DNA from: Zygnema circumcarinatum SAG 698-1b | Taxonomy: Eukaryota; Plantae; Zygnematophyceae | Length of the DNA: 64,000 bases | Direction of reading: 5' to 3' | NCBI GenBank assembly: GCA_037447605.1 | Contig: CM074810.1 | Span: 310,001 to 374,000, forward strand | Shown here: one piece after another, positions 48,800 to 64,000 of the stretch | How positions within the stretch are numbered: the stretch's first letter is position 1 | How the letters are laid out: every line of letters begins with the position of its first letter | Made by a program: the position numbers and the translations under genes | Notes under the pieces: model-generated | Told to the model about the DNA's origin: nothing | The model's input: the letters and a program-made list of their open reading frames with translations, nothing else | The model's database searches: none

Positions 48800-50526
48800 A
48801 GAGAGGGGAGAGGGGGGAGAGGGACTTGTGGTGTTGGTGACAGGGGGAGAGGGGCAGAGCAAAGGTGAGAGAGGAGGGAGGGGAGGGGGGAGAGCGAGAG
48901 GGAAGTCTGTTATGACTTTTGAAGGTTTGAATAAAGAGAGAGAGAGAGAGGGGGAGGGAGGGCTCCGTTAGCAGGAACGGAACTGTGAGATATGCGGTGT
49001 GGAGATAGTGGATTCCGCGGAGCCTGTGAACCGCCACCCCTTCAAAGGAAACACAGCTTTTCTTCTAGGAAACGAGGTAAAAATTCAAATCAAATTTAAG
49101 AAAACATAAAAAAAAGGGTATAACTTATTTGCATGGTGTATGTTCACATTGTTTCTAGCGTTTTTTGATATTTCAGACTTTCAGGGTTTTTGGGAGGAGT
49201 TTTTTCTACCAAACTGGGGTTCAGATTTTCAGGTTTTCTGAGACTCTTTCAGGTTTGCAAGTTTTCAAGGTTTCAGGGAGTTTCCAATTTTTTAGGGTTT
49301 TGGGGCTCGGAGGGACCATTGGGGCCTGTCAGGGTTCAGGGCCTCAAGGAGTGCTGGAACCCTTTTTTTTTTTTTCGTTTTTTTAGGGTTGTGGGTCGCC
49401 GTTCCATGTGTGGGCGTGGTCCGTTGCAGGGAACGGGACTGTCGGAGAGGGAAATGGCGATCTGTGATAGGTTTGTTTACATTCCGCAGTACGGAGAGGG
49501 GACGGCGTCACTCAATGTCACGGTGGCGGCCTCCATCGTCCTGCATCAATTTGCAGGTTTGTGGCGGAAAACTCGGTTTGTGCTGAACTTAGGGTTTAGG
49601 GTTTAGGGTTAGAGCAATGTGACCCTCGTCGTTCAGTTAGTTTATTTTGTTTCTTTGCTTTTTTTTTTTTTTCTGTTTACGTAGGCAGTGATAGAAGTAA
49701 GTTAATTGAAACCGTGGCACAAATTCAGGCGAGTTGCAAGGGATGTGTTGGTGGGGATGAGTGAATTGGGATGGAGAGAGAGAGAGGGGAAGAGGGAGAG
49801 GGCGAGGGTGAGGGAGAGGGAGAGGGTGAGGGACAGGGAGAGAGGGAGGGAGGGAGGGAGGAGGGAGAAGGGGAGAAAGAGCGAGAGGGAGATAGGAGGA
49901 TCCAGGAGGAAGGATGGAGGGAGGGAAAAGAGGGGACGAGCGAGAGGGAGGCGGGAGGAGGAAGAGGAGGTAGGAGGGAGTGAAGAGAGCGAGAAGAAGG
50001 GATAGGGAGGAAGAGGGAAAAGAGAGCGAGAGAGAGTAATAGAGGAGATCCCTAAAACTAACCGCTCCTTTCCATTCACTCATCAGATCTCTCTCTCTCT
50101 CTCCCTCTCTCTCTCTCTCCCTCACTCTCTCACTCTCCCTCTCTCTCTCTCTCCCTCTCTCTCACTCTCCCTCTCTCCCCCTCTCCCTCTCCCTCTCTCT
50201 CTCTCTCCTCTCTCTCTCTCTTCTTCTCTCTCTGTCCTCGCTCTCTCTCCCCCCTCTCTCTCCCTCGTGCGGGAGGGAGTGCAGTGTGGGCCCAGTACCC
50301 CGAGCGTGTTCGCTCTGAGCACAAGTTCGTTGTGGGGGCGAGGCCGGTCCGCCGCGCGGCCCGCAACGTGTGTGCGGAGGACCCGCGGGAGCAGGCCGAG
50401 AGGCGGGGGCGGGGGAGGGCCGGCGACTGGATGGAGGAGAGCGGGGGGCTGGGAGAGAGTGGCCGCATGTGGGAGGAGGGGGAGGGAGAGGGAGAGGGAG
50501 TGGGAGAGGGAGAGGGAGAGGCATAG
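45844..50526 (+). CDS. SpoU/TrmH-family tRNA/rRNA 2'-O-methyltransferase with a ~800-aa disordered N-terminal extension; exons 45844-48470, ~48974-49076, ~49431-49556, ~50284-50526
   Basis: CYVLIHNVAKRHNIGTLVRSCTAF...GRRDFNAFGSHG / ICGVEIVDSAEPVNRHPFKGNTAFLLGNE / GTGLSEREMAICDRFVYIPQYGEGTASLNVTVAASIVLHQFA / VWAQYPER. These are SpoU motifs of the plant At5g15390 type. Confidence 0.9.
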
Positions 50527-50991
50527 GCGTAGGGAGAGGGAGCAAGAGGCATAGGGATATGTGGGGAGGGTCTGTGGGAATGACCGATACAGAGGTTTTA
50601 TTCCGGTTTTTCTCTGTGCAAATTTGGTCTGGAGGTGTAGTCTTTTAGGTGGAAACTAGGAAGGTGGCTTTGAAAGCGTGCAATTGTATATAGATATCAG
50701 CCAATATTAAAACGAGACGCCCAAATGGTGATATTCGGTTACATCGGCTATCAGCTGTAGACTGTTGATGGCAGTCTCTCTTTTCAATAGAAAATTCAGT
50801 GCTCGAGTGTTTTACAGGGCAGTACTGGCCATCTATTTGCCTTGAGAGCTTTTTTTGTAATTAAACATGGGAGCAAGCAGTGAGCCTGGACATCCCAAAA
50901 ACCAAAAGTTGTACATGTTGACCATGGCTTGCTGAAACTTTAATTCGATGGCACATGGACATATGGACTGCATAAGAATTGNNNNNNNNNN

Positions 50992-53900
50992 GAGAGCGAG
51001 AGGGAAGTCTGTTATGACTTTTGAAGGTTTGAATAAAGAGAGAGAGAGAGAGGGGGAGGGAGGGCTCCGTTAGCAGGAACGGAACTGTGAGATATGCGGT
51101 GTGGAGATAGTGGATTCCGCGGAGCCTGTGAACCGCCACCCCTTCAAAGGAAACACAGCTTTTCTTCTAGGAAACGAGGTAAAAATTCAAATCAAATTTA
51201 AGAAAACATAAAAAAAAGGGTATAACTTATTTGCATGGTGTATGTTCACATTGTTTCTAGCGTTTTTTGATATTTCAGACTTTCAGGGTTTTTGGGAGGA
51301 GTTTTTTCTACCAAACTGGGGTTCAGATTTTCAGGTTTTCTGAGACTCTTTCAGGTTTGCAAGTTTTCAAGGTTTCAGGGAGTTTCCAATTTTTTAGGGT
51401 TTTGGGGCTCGGAGGGACCATTGGGGCCTGTCAGGGTTCAGGGCCTCAAGGAGTGCTGGAACCCTTTTTTTTTTTTTCGTTTTTTTAGGGTTGTGGGTCG
51501 CCGTTCCATGTGTGGGCGTGGTCCGTTGCAGGGAACGGGACTGTCGGAGAGGGAAATGGCGATCTGTGATAGGTTTGTTTACATTCCGCAGTACGGAGAG
51601 GGGACGGCGTCACTCAATGTCACGGTGGCGGCCTCCATCGTCCTGCATCAATTTGCAGGTTTGTGGCGGAAAACTCGGTTTGTGCTGAACTTAGGGTTTA
51701 GGGTTTAGGGTTAGAGCAATGTGACCCTCGTCGTTCAGTTAGTTTATTTTGTTTCTTTGCTTTTTTTTTTTTTTCTGTTTACGTAGGCAGTGATAGAAGT
51801 AAGTTAATTGAAACCGTGGCACAAATTCAGGCGAGTTGCAAGGGATGTGTTGGTGGGGATGAGTGAATTGGGATGGAGAGAGAGAGAGGGGAAGAGGGAG
51901 AGGGCGAGGGTGAGGGAGAGGGAGAGGGTGAGGGACAGGGAGAGAGGGAGGGAGGGAGGGAGGAGGGAGAAGGGGAGAAAGAGCGAGAGGGAGATAGGAG
52001 GATCCAGGAGGAAGGATGGAGGGAGGGAAAAGAGGGGACGAGCGAGAGGGAGGCGGGAGGAGGAAGAGGAGGTAGGAGGGAGTGAAGAGAGCGAGAAGAA
52101 GGGATAGGGAGGAAGAGGGAAAAGAGAGCGAGAGAGAGTAATAGAGGAGATCCCTAAAACTAACCGCTCCTTTCCATTCACTCATCAGATCTCTCTCTCT
52201 CTCTCCCTCTCTCTCTCTCTCCCTCACTCTCTCACTCTCCCTCTCTCTCTCTCTCCCTCTCTCTCACTCTCCCTCTCTCCCCCTCTCCCTCTCCCTCTCT
52301 CTCTCTCTCCTCTCTCTCTCTCTTCTTCTCTCTCTGTCCTCGCTCTCTCTCCCCCCTCTCTCTCCCTCGTGCGGGAGGGAGTGCAGTGTGGGCCCAGTAC
52401 CCCGAGCGTGTTCGCTCTGAGCACAAGTTCGTTGTGGGGGCGAGGCCGGTCCGCCGCGCGGCCCGCAACGTGTGTGCGGAGGACCCGCGGGAGCAGGCCG
52501 AGAGGCGGGGGCGGGGGAGGGCCGGCGACTGGATGGAGGAGAGCGGGGGGCTGGGAGAGAGTGGCCGCATGTGGGAGGAGGGGGAGGGAGAGGGAGAGGG
52601 AGTGGGAGAGGGAGAGGGAGAGGCATAGGCGTAGGGAGAGGGAGCAAGAGGCATAGGGATATGTGGGGAGGGTCTGTGGGAATGACCGATACAGAGGTTT
52701 TATTCCGGTTTTTCTCTGTGCAAATTTGGTCTGGAGGTGTAGTCTTTTAGGTGGAAACTAGGAAGGTGGCTTTGAAAGCGTGCAATTGTATATAGATATC
52801 AGCCAATATTAAAACGAGACGCCCAAATGGTGATATTCGGTTACATCGGCTATCAGCTGTAGACTGTTGATGGCAGTCTCTCTTTTCAATAGAAAATTCA
52901 GTGCTCGAGTGTTTTACAGGGCAGTACTGGCCATCTATTTGCCTTGAGAGCTTTTTTTGTAATTAAACATGGGAGCAAGCAGTGAGCCTGGACATCCCAA
53001 AAACCAAAAGTTGTACATGTTGACCATGGCTTGCTGAAACTTTAATTCGATGGCACATGGACATATGGACTGCATAAGAATTGGGTGGATAAAGTGGACG
53101 TCCCAATGCAACAGCATCATCATCCTCATCATCGTCCACATGCAACTCACACAGAAGGCTCTCTCTCAACCAACAAAAAGGCCAAAAGTATGCAGCTTGC
53201 AAAAAGGACCCAAAAAGGGCCCAAAAAGTGCATTTTTAAGGCTTCCTAATCTCTAAAACACTTTGAGACACCTCTCTTATTGGAACCACCAAAAATGGCC
53301 ACCTTCTCAATGCCCTGAAAATCTAAAAAAAGCTAAAATAGACAGACCGACAGACACACTCCTGTACAATGAGCCTCTGAAACCGCCTCTGAAACATAGC
53401 AACGCTTCGTTGCAAGTGATCAAAAAAAAAAAACACTCAGCACAAATTNNNNNNNNNNCGCCGTTCCATGTGTGGGCGTGGTCCGTTGCAGGGAACGGGA
53501 CTGTCGGAGAGGGAAATGGCGATCTGTGATAGGTTTGTTTACATTCCGCAGTACGGAGAGGGGACGGCGTCACTCAATGTCACGGTGGCGGCCTCCATCG
53601 TCCTGCATCAATTTGCAGGTTTGTGGCGGAAAACTCGGTTTGTGCTGAACTTAGGGTTTAGGGTTTAGGGTTAGAGCAATGTGACCCTCGTCGTTCAGTT
53701 AGTTTATTTTGTTTCTTTGCTTTTTTTTTTTTTTCTGTTTACGTAGGCAGTGATAGAAGTAAGTTAATTGAAACCGTGGCACAAATTCAGGCGAGTTGCA
53801 AGGGATGTGTTGGTGGGGATGAGTGAATTGGGATGGAGAGAGAGAGAGGGGAAGAGGGAGAGGGCGAGGGTGAGGGAGAGGGAGAGGGTGAGGGACAGGG

Positions 53901-55406
53901 AGAGAGGGAGGGAGGGAGGGAGGAGGGAGAAGGGGAGAAAGAGCGAGAGGGAGATAGGAGGATCCAGGAGGAAGGATGGAGGGAGGGAAAAGAGGGGACG
54001 AGCGAGAGGGAGGCGGGAGGAGGAAGAGGAGGTAGGAGGGAGTGAAGAGAGCGAGAAGAAGGGATAGGGAGGAAGAGGGAAAAGAGAGCGAGAGAGAGTA
54101 ATAGAGGAGATCCCTAAAACTAACCGCTCCTTTCCATTCACTCATCAGATCTCTCTCTCTCTCTCCCTCTCTCTCTCTCTCCCTCACTCTCTCACTCTCC
54201 CTCTCTCTCTCTCTCCCTCTCTCTCACTCTCCCTCTCTCCCCCTCTCCCTCTCCCTCTCTCTCTCTCTCCTCTCTCTCTCTCTTCTTCTCTCTCTGTCCT
54301 CGCTCTCTCTCCCCCCTCTCTCTCCCTCGTGCGGGAGGGAGTGCAGTGTGGGCCCAGTACCCCGAGCGTGTTCGCTCTGAGCACAAGTTCGTTGTGGGGG
54401 CGAGGCCGGTCCGCCGCGCGGCCCGCAACGTGTGCGGAGGACCCGCGGGAGCAGGCCGAGAGGCGGGGGCGGGGGAGGGCCGGCGACTGGATGGAGGAGA
54501 GCGGGGGGCTGGGAGAGAGTGGCCGCATGTGGGAGGAGGGGGAGGGAGAGGGAGAGGGAGTGGGAGAGGGAGAGGGAGAGGCATAGGCGTAGGGAGAGGG
54601 AGCAAGAGGCATAGGGATATGTGGGGAGGGTCTGTGGGAATGACCGATACAGAGGTTTTATTCCGGTTTTTCTCTGTGCAAATTTGGTCTGGAGGTGTAG
54701 TCTTTTAGGTGGAAACTAGGAAGGTGGCTTTGAAAGCGTGCAATTGTATATAGATATCAGCCAATATTAAAACGAGACGCCCAAATGGTGATATTCGGTT
54801 ACATCGGCTATCAGCTGTAGACTGTTGATGGCAGTCTCTCTTTTCAATAGAAAATTCAGTGCTCGAGTGTTTTACAGGGCAGTACTGGCCATCTATTTGC
54901 CTTGAGAGCTTTTTTTGTAATTAAACATGGGAGCAAGCAGTGAGCCTGGACATCCCAAAAACCAAAAGTTGTACATGTTGACCATGGCTTGCTGAAACTT
55001 TAATTCGATGGCACATGGACATATGGACTGCATAAGAATTGGGTGGATAAAGTGGACGTCCCAATGCAACAGCATCATCATCCTCATCATCGTCCACATG
55101 CAACTCACACAGAAGGCTCTCTCTCAACCAACAAAAAGGCCAAAAGTATGCAGCTTGCAAAAAGGACCCAAAAAGGGCCCAAAAAGTGCATTTTTAAGGC
55201 TTCCTAATCTCTAAAACACTTTGAGACACCTCTCTTATTGGAACCACCAAAAATGGCCACCTTCTCAATGCCCTGAAAATCTAAAAAAAGCTAAAATAGA
55301 CAGACCGACAGACACACTCCTGTACAATGAGCCTCTGAAACCGCCTCTGAAACATAGCAACGCTTCGTTGCAAGTGATCAAAAAAAAAAAACACTCAGCA
55401 CAAATT
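50992..55406. repeat. Two further gap-bounded copies of the SpoU 3' region (offsets +2102 and a further +1960), probable assembly artefacts
   Basis: Identical ORFs recur at 49190/51292 and 49637/51739/53699. Copies start immediately after N gaps at ~50982 and ~53449. The third copy differs by a 2-bp GT deletion. Confidence 0.85.
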
Positions 55407-55455
55407 TTGTACTCAAAAAGCCTTGACTCCTACCACTGGCTTCCTTCAATCATAC

Positions 55456-56783
55456 TTAAAGCGGTCGCTCGGTGACCTGCTTTGACCTCTTCTTTGACCT
55501 CTTCTTTGACCTCTTCTCGCGACTCTCTTGAGTTGAGCCATGGGGAAAGCGCCTCGTCAGGCCCATGGGAGCCTCCATGGCTCCTTCCTCTCGCTTCACT
55601 TCCCTGGTAGTCATTTCTTCCCCTCTCTTGAGTCCCCGTTCTCCTTTCACTCTCACATGTGGTGATACCTGGCCCTCCTGTCCCTTCCTAGGGACCACTC
55701 CCACTTCAACACCAATCCCCGGCTCTACCTTCACTCTCACCAATGAAGGTACTTGCCCCTCCCCCCTCCCCTTGGTAGTAACCTCCTCTCTCTTGAGTCC
55801 AGGCTCTACCTTCACCCTCACAAGTGAAGGTAACTGGCCCCCCCTTGTCTCGGTAGTGACCTCTCCCTCTCCCTCAAGTCCGGGCTCTACCTTCACTCTC
55901 ACCAATGAAGGTACCTGGCTCTCCCTTCCCCTGGCAGGGGCCTCTCCCACACCAGCGCCTACCTCTTGCTCAACCTTTACCCTAACTGGTAAAGGTGATC
56001 GAACATTTGACCGCTCTGCATTCTGATTCTTTAAAGTCTCAATGTCAATCATTAAGCGCAGCCTCTTCTGCTCCAAATTGACAACGTCACCGTTCAGCTC
56101 CTCCCTCTCTTCCTCCATCGCCTGCATGCCGTCGGAACGGTTCTTTCTCTTCAGCCGTAGGTGCAGATTAAAACTCCTTGCCTTCCTTACCTTCTCACAC
56201 ACCTGTGAGAACACATCAAGTTCAACATCAACATCAACTTTAACACCATCACCTTCATCAGCATCATCATCATCACACCATCATAAATACACATCATCGC
56301 GGCACATCCCAGCACATATATAAGCATTGTATCGATCTCTTCGCATCAAATAAAGACTACAAATTCAGTATTCCAAACCACATGAAACAAGCAACTGAGA
56401 GTTCAATATAATAGTGAAAGGAACGAGGTGCACTCTCGTTCAACACTTTTCTGCATGTGAACAGAGATCAATCGTAGCTCCAAGAAGCTCACCTTGACTA
56501 TATTCTCCTTCAATTCAACTTGTTTCCTCGTCCGCTCCTCCACTGAAACCTTGAGTCTTTTCACCTCCGCCTCGGAGTCATACACAGCCATCCATTTTAA
56601 ACCAATGACCTCCCTCGCTCTCTGTTCAGTTGCACTAAATTCCGCCGCCTGCTGCTCCGCCTGCCTCTTTCTGTTCAGCATATTCTCCCGCTCAGCAATG
56701 TCGGCCTCCATCTCTCCAGCCCTGCGATCGAGGCTTCTCTTTTCCTCTTCCAGCTTCATCAACTGCTTCGAGTTTGCCACCAG
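55456..56783 (-). CDS. Hypothetical coiled-coil protein with repeated VRVKVEPG motifs and a basic C-terminus; exons 56783-56493 and 56202-55456; 5' part uncertain
   Basis: In-phase AG/GT boundaries, heptad E/K/R/Q-rich segments, five to six V-K-x-E repeats, NLS-like REKRSKKRSKKRSK. No family recognised. Confidence 0.55.
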
Positions 56784-56989
56784 CTGTTCAATGCGCAACA
56801 CAACAAAGAGCAATGTAAAATGAAAAAAAAAAAACCATTAAAAAAAAGAAAAAAAAAAATGAAAATGAGATCAAAGGAAGCCATCACGATTAAGATATCT
56901 ATTAGCAGAGTCATGAATTTCACAACAAATGTATCTACAGGTCGGATATCACAGTTAGAGCAAGCAGCAAGGAAAGCAATTCCTAACTA

Positions 56990-57385
56990 TCAGGTGCTGC
57001 ACATGTCTGCGACGTGGCGAGCTCTCACTGAAATCATGGTGAGATTCTCTCTCCATTGCTTATAGACTCGTCTAACAATCAAGTAAAGAGAGAGTGAGAG
57101 GAGATCAAAGCGAGACCGTACCTGTTTCACCATGGAAGAGCAGTGATCCTTGATGGCCATATTCTCCTGCCTTTGCTTTCGCCACAATCTCAGACCAGGA
57201 TTATGGAACCGGACGGACTTGAGCATCTCCATTACATCGCTCGGAACGGTCACCTCCTCCGCAGGGGCAGGGGCAGGCCGCCCAAAGAACCTCCTCCAAA
57301 GGGATGTTGCAGAGCCTGCTTTCGCAGCGGCGCTTGCAGGGCTGCCCTTGGGAGCGAACACCATTTTCATATCCCAATACGCCAT
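56990..57385 (-). CDS. Hypothetical ORF (MAYWDMKMVFAPKG...), possibly the 5' exon(s) of the coiled-coil gene or a separate fragment
   Basis: ATG at 57385, open non-repetitive frame, candidate donor near 57121. I could not establish a link to the downstream exons. Confidence 0.35.
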   Translation of the reverse strand: MAYWDMKMVFAPKGSPASAAAKAGSATSLWRRFFGRPAPAPAEEVTVPSDVMEMLKSVRFHNPGLRLWRKQRQENMAIKDHCSSMVKQVRSRFDLLSLSLYLIVRRVYKQWRENLTMISVRARHVADMCST

Positions 57386-57488
57386 CTTGCGCTGCGTTTG
57401 AATGCAGAAGTGGAAGGAGCCTCTGGCTGAGACAGACAACAGACTGGCTCCCTTTGCCTCCTCGTACCAAACAATAAAGCGCAAAGTT

Positions 57489-58080
57489 CTCCCGAGGCCC
57501 TCAAAAGGCACCTGCAGGACCGTCGCACGCGCGTCGCACGGAGGTCGCGGGATGGTCGCATGAGAGTCGCACGCGTCGCAACCACGTCACACAATCGTCG
57601 CTTGGCGTCGCGCGAGCGTCGCACGGACGCTAAACCGTCGCACGGACGTCGCACGACTCCAGCGATCAGTGGATGCCGTGCGACGCTTGGGTGGACACGT
57701 GGCGCGCTGGCAGCGTCTATGTGGGCCTACCAGGCGCTTTCCAGATCCTGAAATCTCCACGCGTTCCAAACAACGCGGAGCGCATCGCGGCCGTTTTGAT
57801 GGACAATCGGACGGACGGGAGCGCTCTACAGGGTAGCGTACTGATGTGCTCGTTCACACTTGACTTTCGTGCGCGTGCACTGCACGGTGTGGCCACCGGA
57901 TGGGGTAGGCGCACGCTTGAGAGGCAGTTCACTGGTGGGGGCTTTTACTTGTTACATGCGTCACTATGCGCAAACATGTGCTCGTGTACGGTTTGGCGAA
58001 GATTGTGCTCCACAACATCTACAACAAGAGAGGGCAAATGGACGCATGGACATGCATGGCTCTTCAACCATGTTGTTGTT
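57489..58080 (-). repeat. Second, inverted copy of the ~590-bp module at 16507-17096
   Basis: Reverse-complement similarity, roughly 80% by eye. Lies ~100 bp upstream of the ATG at 57385. Confidence 0.85.
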
Positions 58081-58341
58081 GCTCCTTGTTTTTACGGTAC
58101 CGCCGAACGACGTGTGAAGTCCAACGAAATGCGGAACCGTTAATGAAACGCAATCGGAACAACTGCTACATTTCACTACTGACGCGTCCCATCTCTTTCA
58201 CCCACCTGAAAGGATAGAGCCCCCCCCCCCTCTCTCCCCCCTCCCTCAGACTCCCCCCGTCTGTCCCCACTCCAATCTCACTGGATGAAGGAGATTGCTT
58301 TAAGAATGTCCGACTCATGCTTTACTGATTGCCGCGCTGCT

Positions 58342-62533
<4,192 letters not shown>

Positions 62534-63319
62534 GGCTGCAAGCGCAGGCAGGCACACAAGCATACAGGCAGGCACGGGTCAAGGAAGGAGCGAGGAGAGG
62601 AGACGCAGGGGATGAATGGCTTGGTCGGGAGAGCTCTGAATGAGAGAGAGAATGAATGAAAAAATTATCAGGAGTTTGAAATTTGGAGAGGAAGTTTGGA
62701 GTTTCGAGAGGGCTTGTGAGCAGATGCGGAGTTGGGATTCGGTTCAGTGGGCGGAGAGGCGGGGAAGGCTTGGGAGGAGGTGTTTGAGTGAGGGAGATTC
62801 AGGAAGGGGGGGAGGGAGGGGCATGCAGGGAGGAGGGCTGCTGGTTGCACTTGCAAAAGGGAGGTTTTCTTTATGTGGTTTGTACCTTCAATATAAAGGG
62901 CAGGTCTTGAAACGAGGTCACACCTTGGATGATCAGAGAGAGAGAGTGAGAGTGAGATAGAGTATGTGTTAGAGAGAGAGAGGGAGAGAAAGAGGAAGAG
63001 AGAGAGAGAGCTGCCAACTTGGAGGGGGTTCGCCTTTTGGAGGGAGGAGCTCAGGAGGGCGCAGCAGTGTGGGTTTGCAAGAAACTCGGGCAGGGGCTGA
63101 AAATATATTTTTGGGCAGCCATATCACAAAACCTTCCCCTGCTATACCGTACTAAATTTCGGTATAAGGTACTGCCCGTGATGATAGGGTAGACAAAAAG
63201 TTTCTCTTATGTGGACATGTTAAAGTTTTGCGAAATATTTTCGCTTTTGGAACTCATCCAAAGGATTAGTGCTGAGTTTCTATTGGTTCTATTTTATTTG
63301 TTTCTGACCNNNNNNNNNN

Positions 63320-64000
63320 ATGAGAGATAGACTGCGGCCCCAGGGAGATAGCGAGCAATAAAAGCGGCTCCAAGACGGAGCGAGCCTGTACCAGATAAGC
63401 TCTGCAGCGTAGCAACCTGCGATGCAAAAAATATTTTTTTAAACATATTTGATATGCAGTCAAAAGCCAAAACAGGCCATCGTATAAGCTTTATTCTCAA
63501 CTGATTTTCCTTCTAAGCGACCCCCCTTCATTCGATCTGACTCCACAACATTAAGGCTGTCAAAGAAAAGAATGACAATATTGAGAAAATTTGGAAAAGA
63601 GGGGGTTCGTAGTGCACAAGAAACTGGATAATTTGAAAGGTGAATTTCTGCAATTTTAAAACTAAATATGCATTATGTATCTCGTACCCTGTTTTCAGCG
63701 ATCACCGAATTTTTCTCTCCGAGAAGTAATGCCGCGGTTGCCTTGTTGAAGGCGTCCAGGCCCTCAATGGGCAAATACTGCAAGGAAACCGAGAATGTGG
63801 AAGAGAGAGGGAGGGAGTGAGGGAGAGAGGGAGAGAGAGGGAGAGTAACATTGTTAGTTATGATGTATATGATCTTAAACCATGGAAAAAGCAATAAAAA
63901 AGAGCAAACCCGTACCTCCTTGTTTTCGTCCTTTTCCAGCATCAGTCTCTCCGCCTGCAACAATAACATCAGGAAAAAAGAAACCGTTAATTAAGAGCAT
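63320..64000. repeat. Gap-bounded duplicate of ~61122-61800 (offset 2198) carrying aminotransferase exons 2-4, probable assembly artefact
   Basis: Identical ORFs at 61475-61771 and 63673-63969. Starts immediately after an N gap. Confidence 0.85.

Noticed and set aside
48890-55406. Real triplication of SpoU 3' exons, or a pseudogene copy with a 2-bp deletion
   Set aside because: Copies are essentially identical including introns and microsatellites, and each begins at an N gap, which is the pattern of overlapping contigs or haplotypes. Long reads or read depth would be needed to overturn this.
62668-62856. Transit-peptide exon for the second aminotransferase
   Set aside because: The ORF has no ATG start, ends in a stop, and lacks a compatible donor. 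It appears to lie within a 5'-UTR intron. 5' RACE would be decisive.
63320-64000. Third aminotransferase copy
   Set aside because: Exact gap-adjacent duplicate of 61122-61800.

Overview
Eukaryotic, intron-rich nuclear DNA of the green-plant lineage. The plant-type genes, TTTAGGG repeats in introns and very large GA/CT microsatellites suggest a streptophyte alga or early-diverging plant (inference). It is a draft assembly with 10-N gaps, and three gap-bounded segments are exact duplicates (4809-6059, 50992-55406, 63320-64000), probably artefacts. Genes reconstructed by hand from exons, in order: UTP20 3' end (+); BCL7/BDH-like SWI/SNF subunit (-); F-box/kelch protein (+); phosphatidylglycerophosphate synthase (+); orphan acidic ORF (+); secreted tyrosinase-like dicopper protein (-); ER DnaJ of the DNAJC25/J50 type (+); AAE3 oxalate-CoA ligase spliced in frame to oxalyl-CoA decarboxylase/HACL (+); plastid aspartate aminotransferase ASP5 (+); SpoU methyltransferase with a long disordered N-terminus (+); coiled-coil orphan (-); second ASP5-type aminotransferase (-). 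Main findings: (1) a predicted ~1120-aa AAE3-OXC fusion joining the first two steps of CoA-dependent oxalate degradation; (2) an ASP5 paralog with no evident transit peptide and a C-terminal SRL peroxisomal signal, sharing a ~530-bp identical tract with its inverted neighbour; (3) a non-plant-type tyrosinase with a Cys-rich insertion in the CuB site; (4) several unclassified non-autonomous mobile or palindromic repeat families. Most long ORFs in the supplied track are artefacts of low-complexity intron DNA. All family assignments come from recognised motifs; no database search was run.
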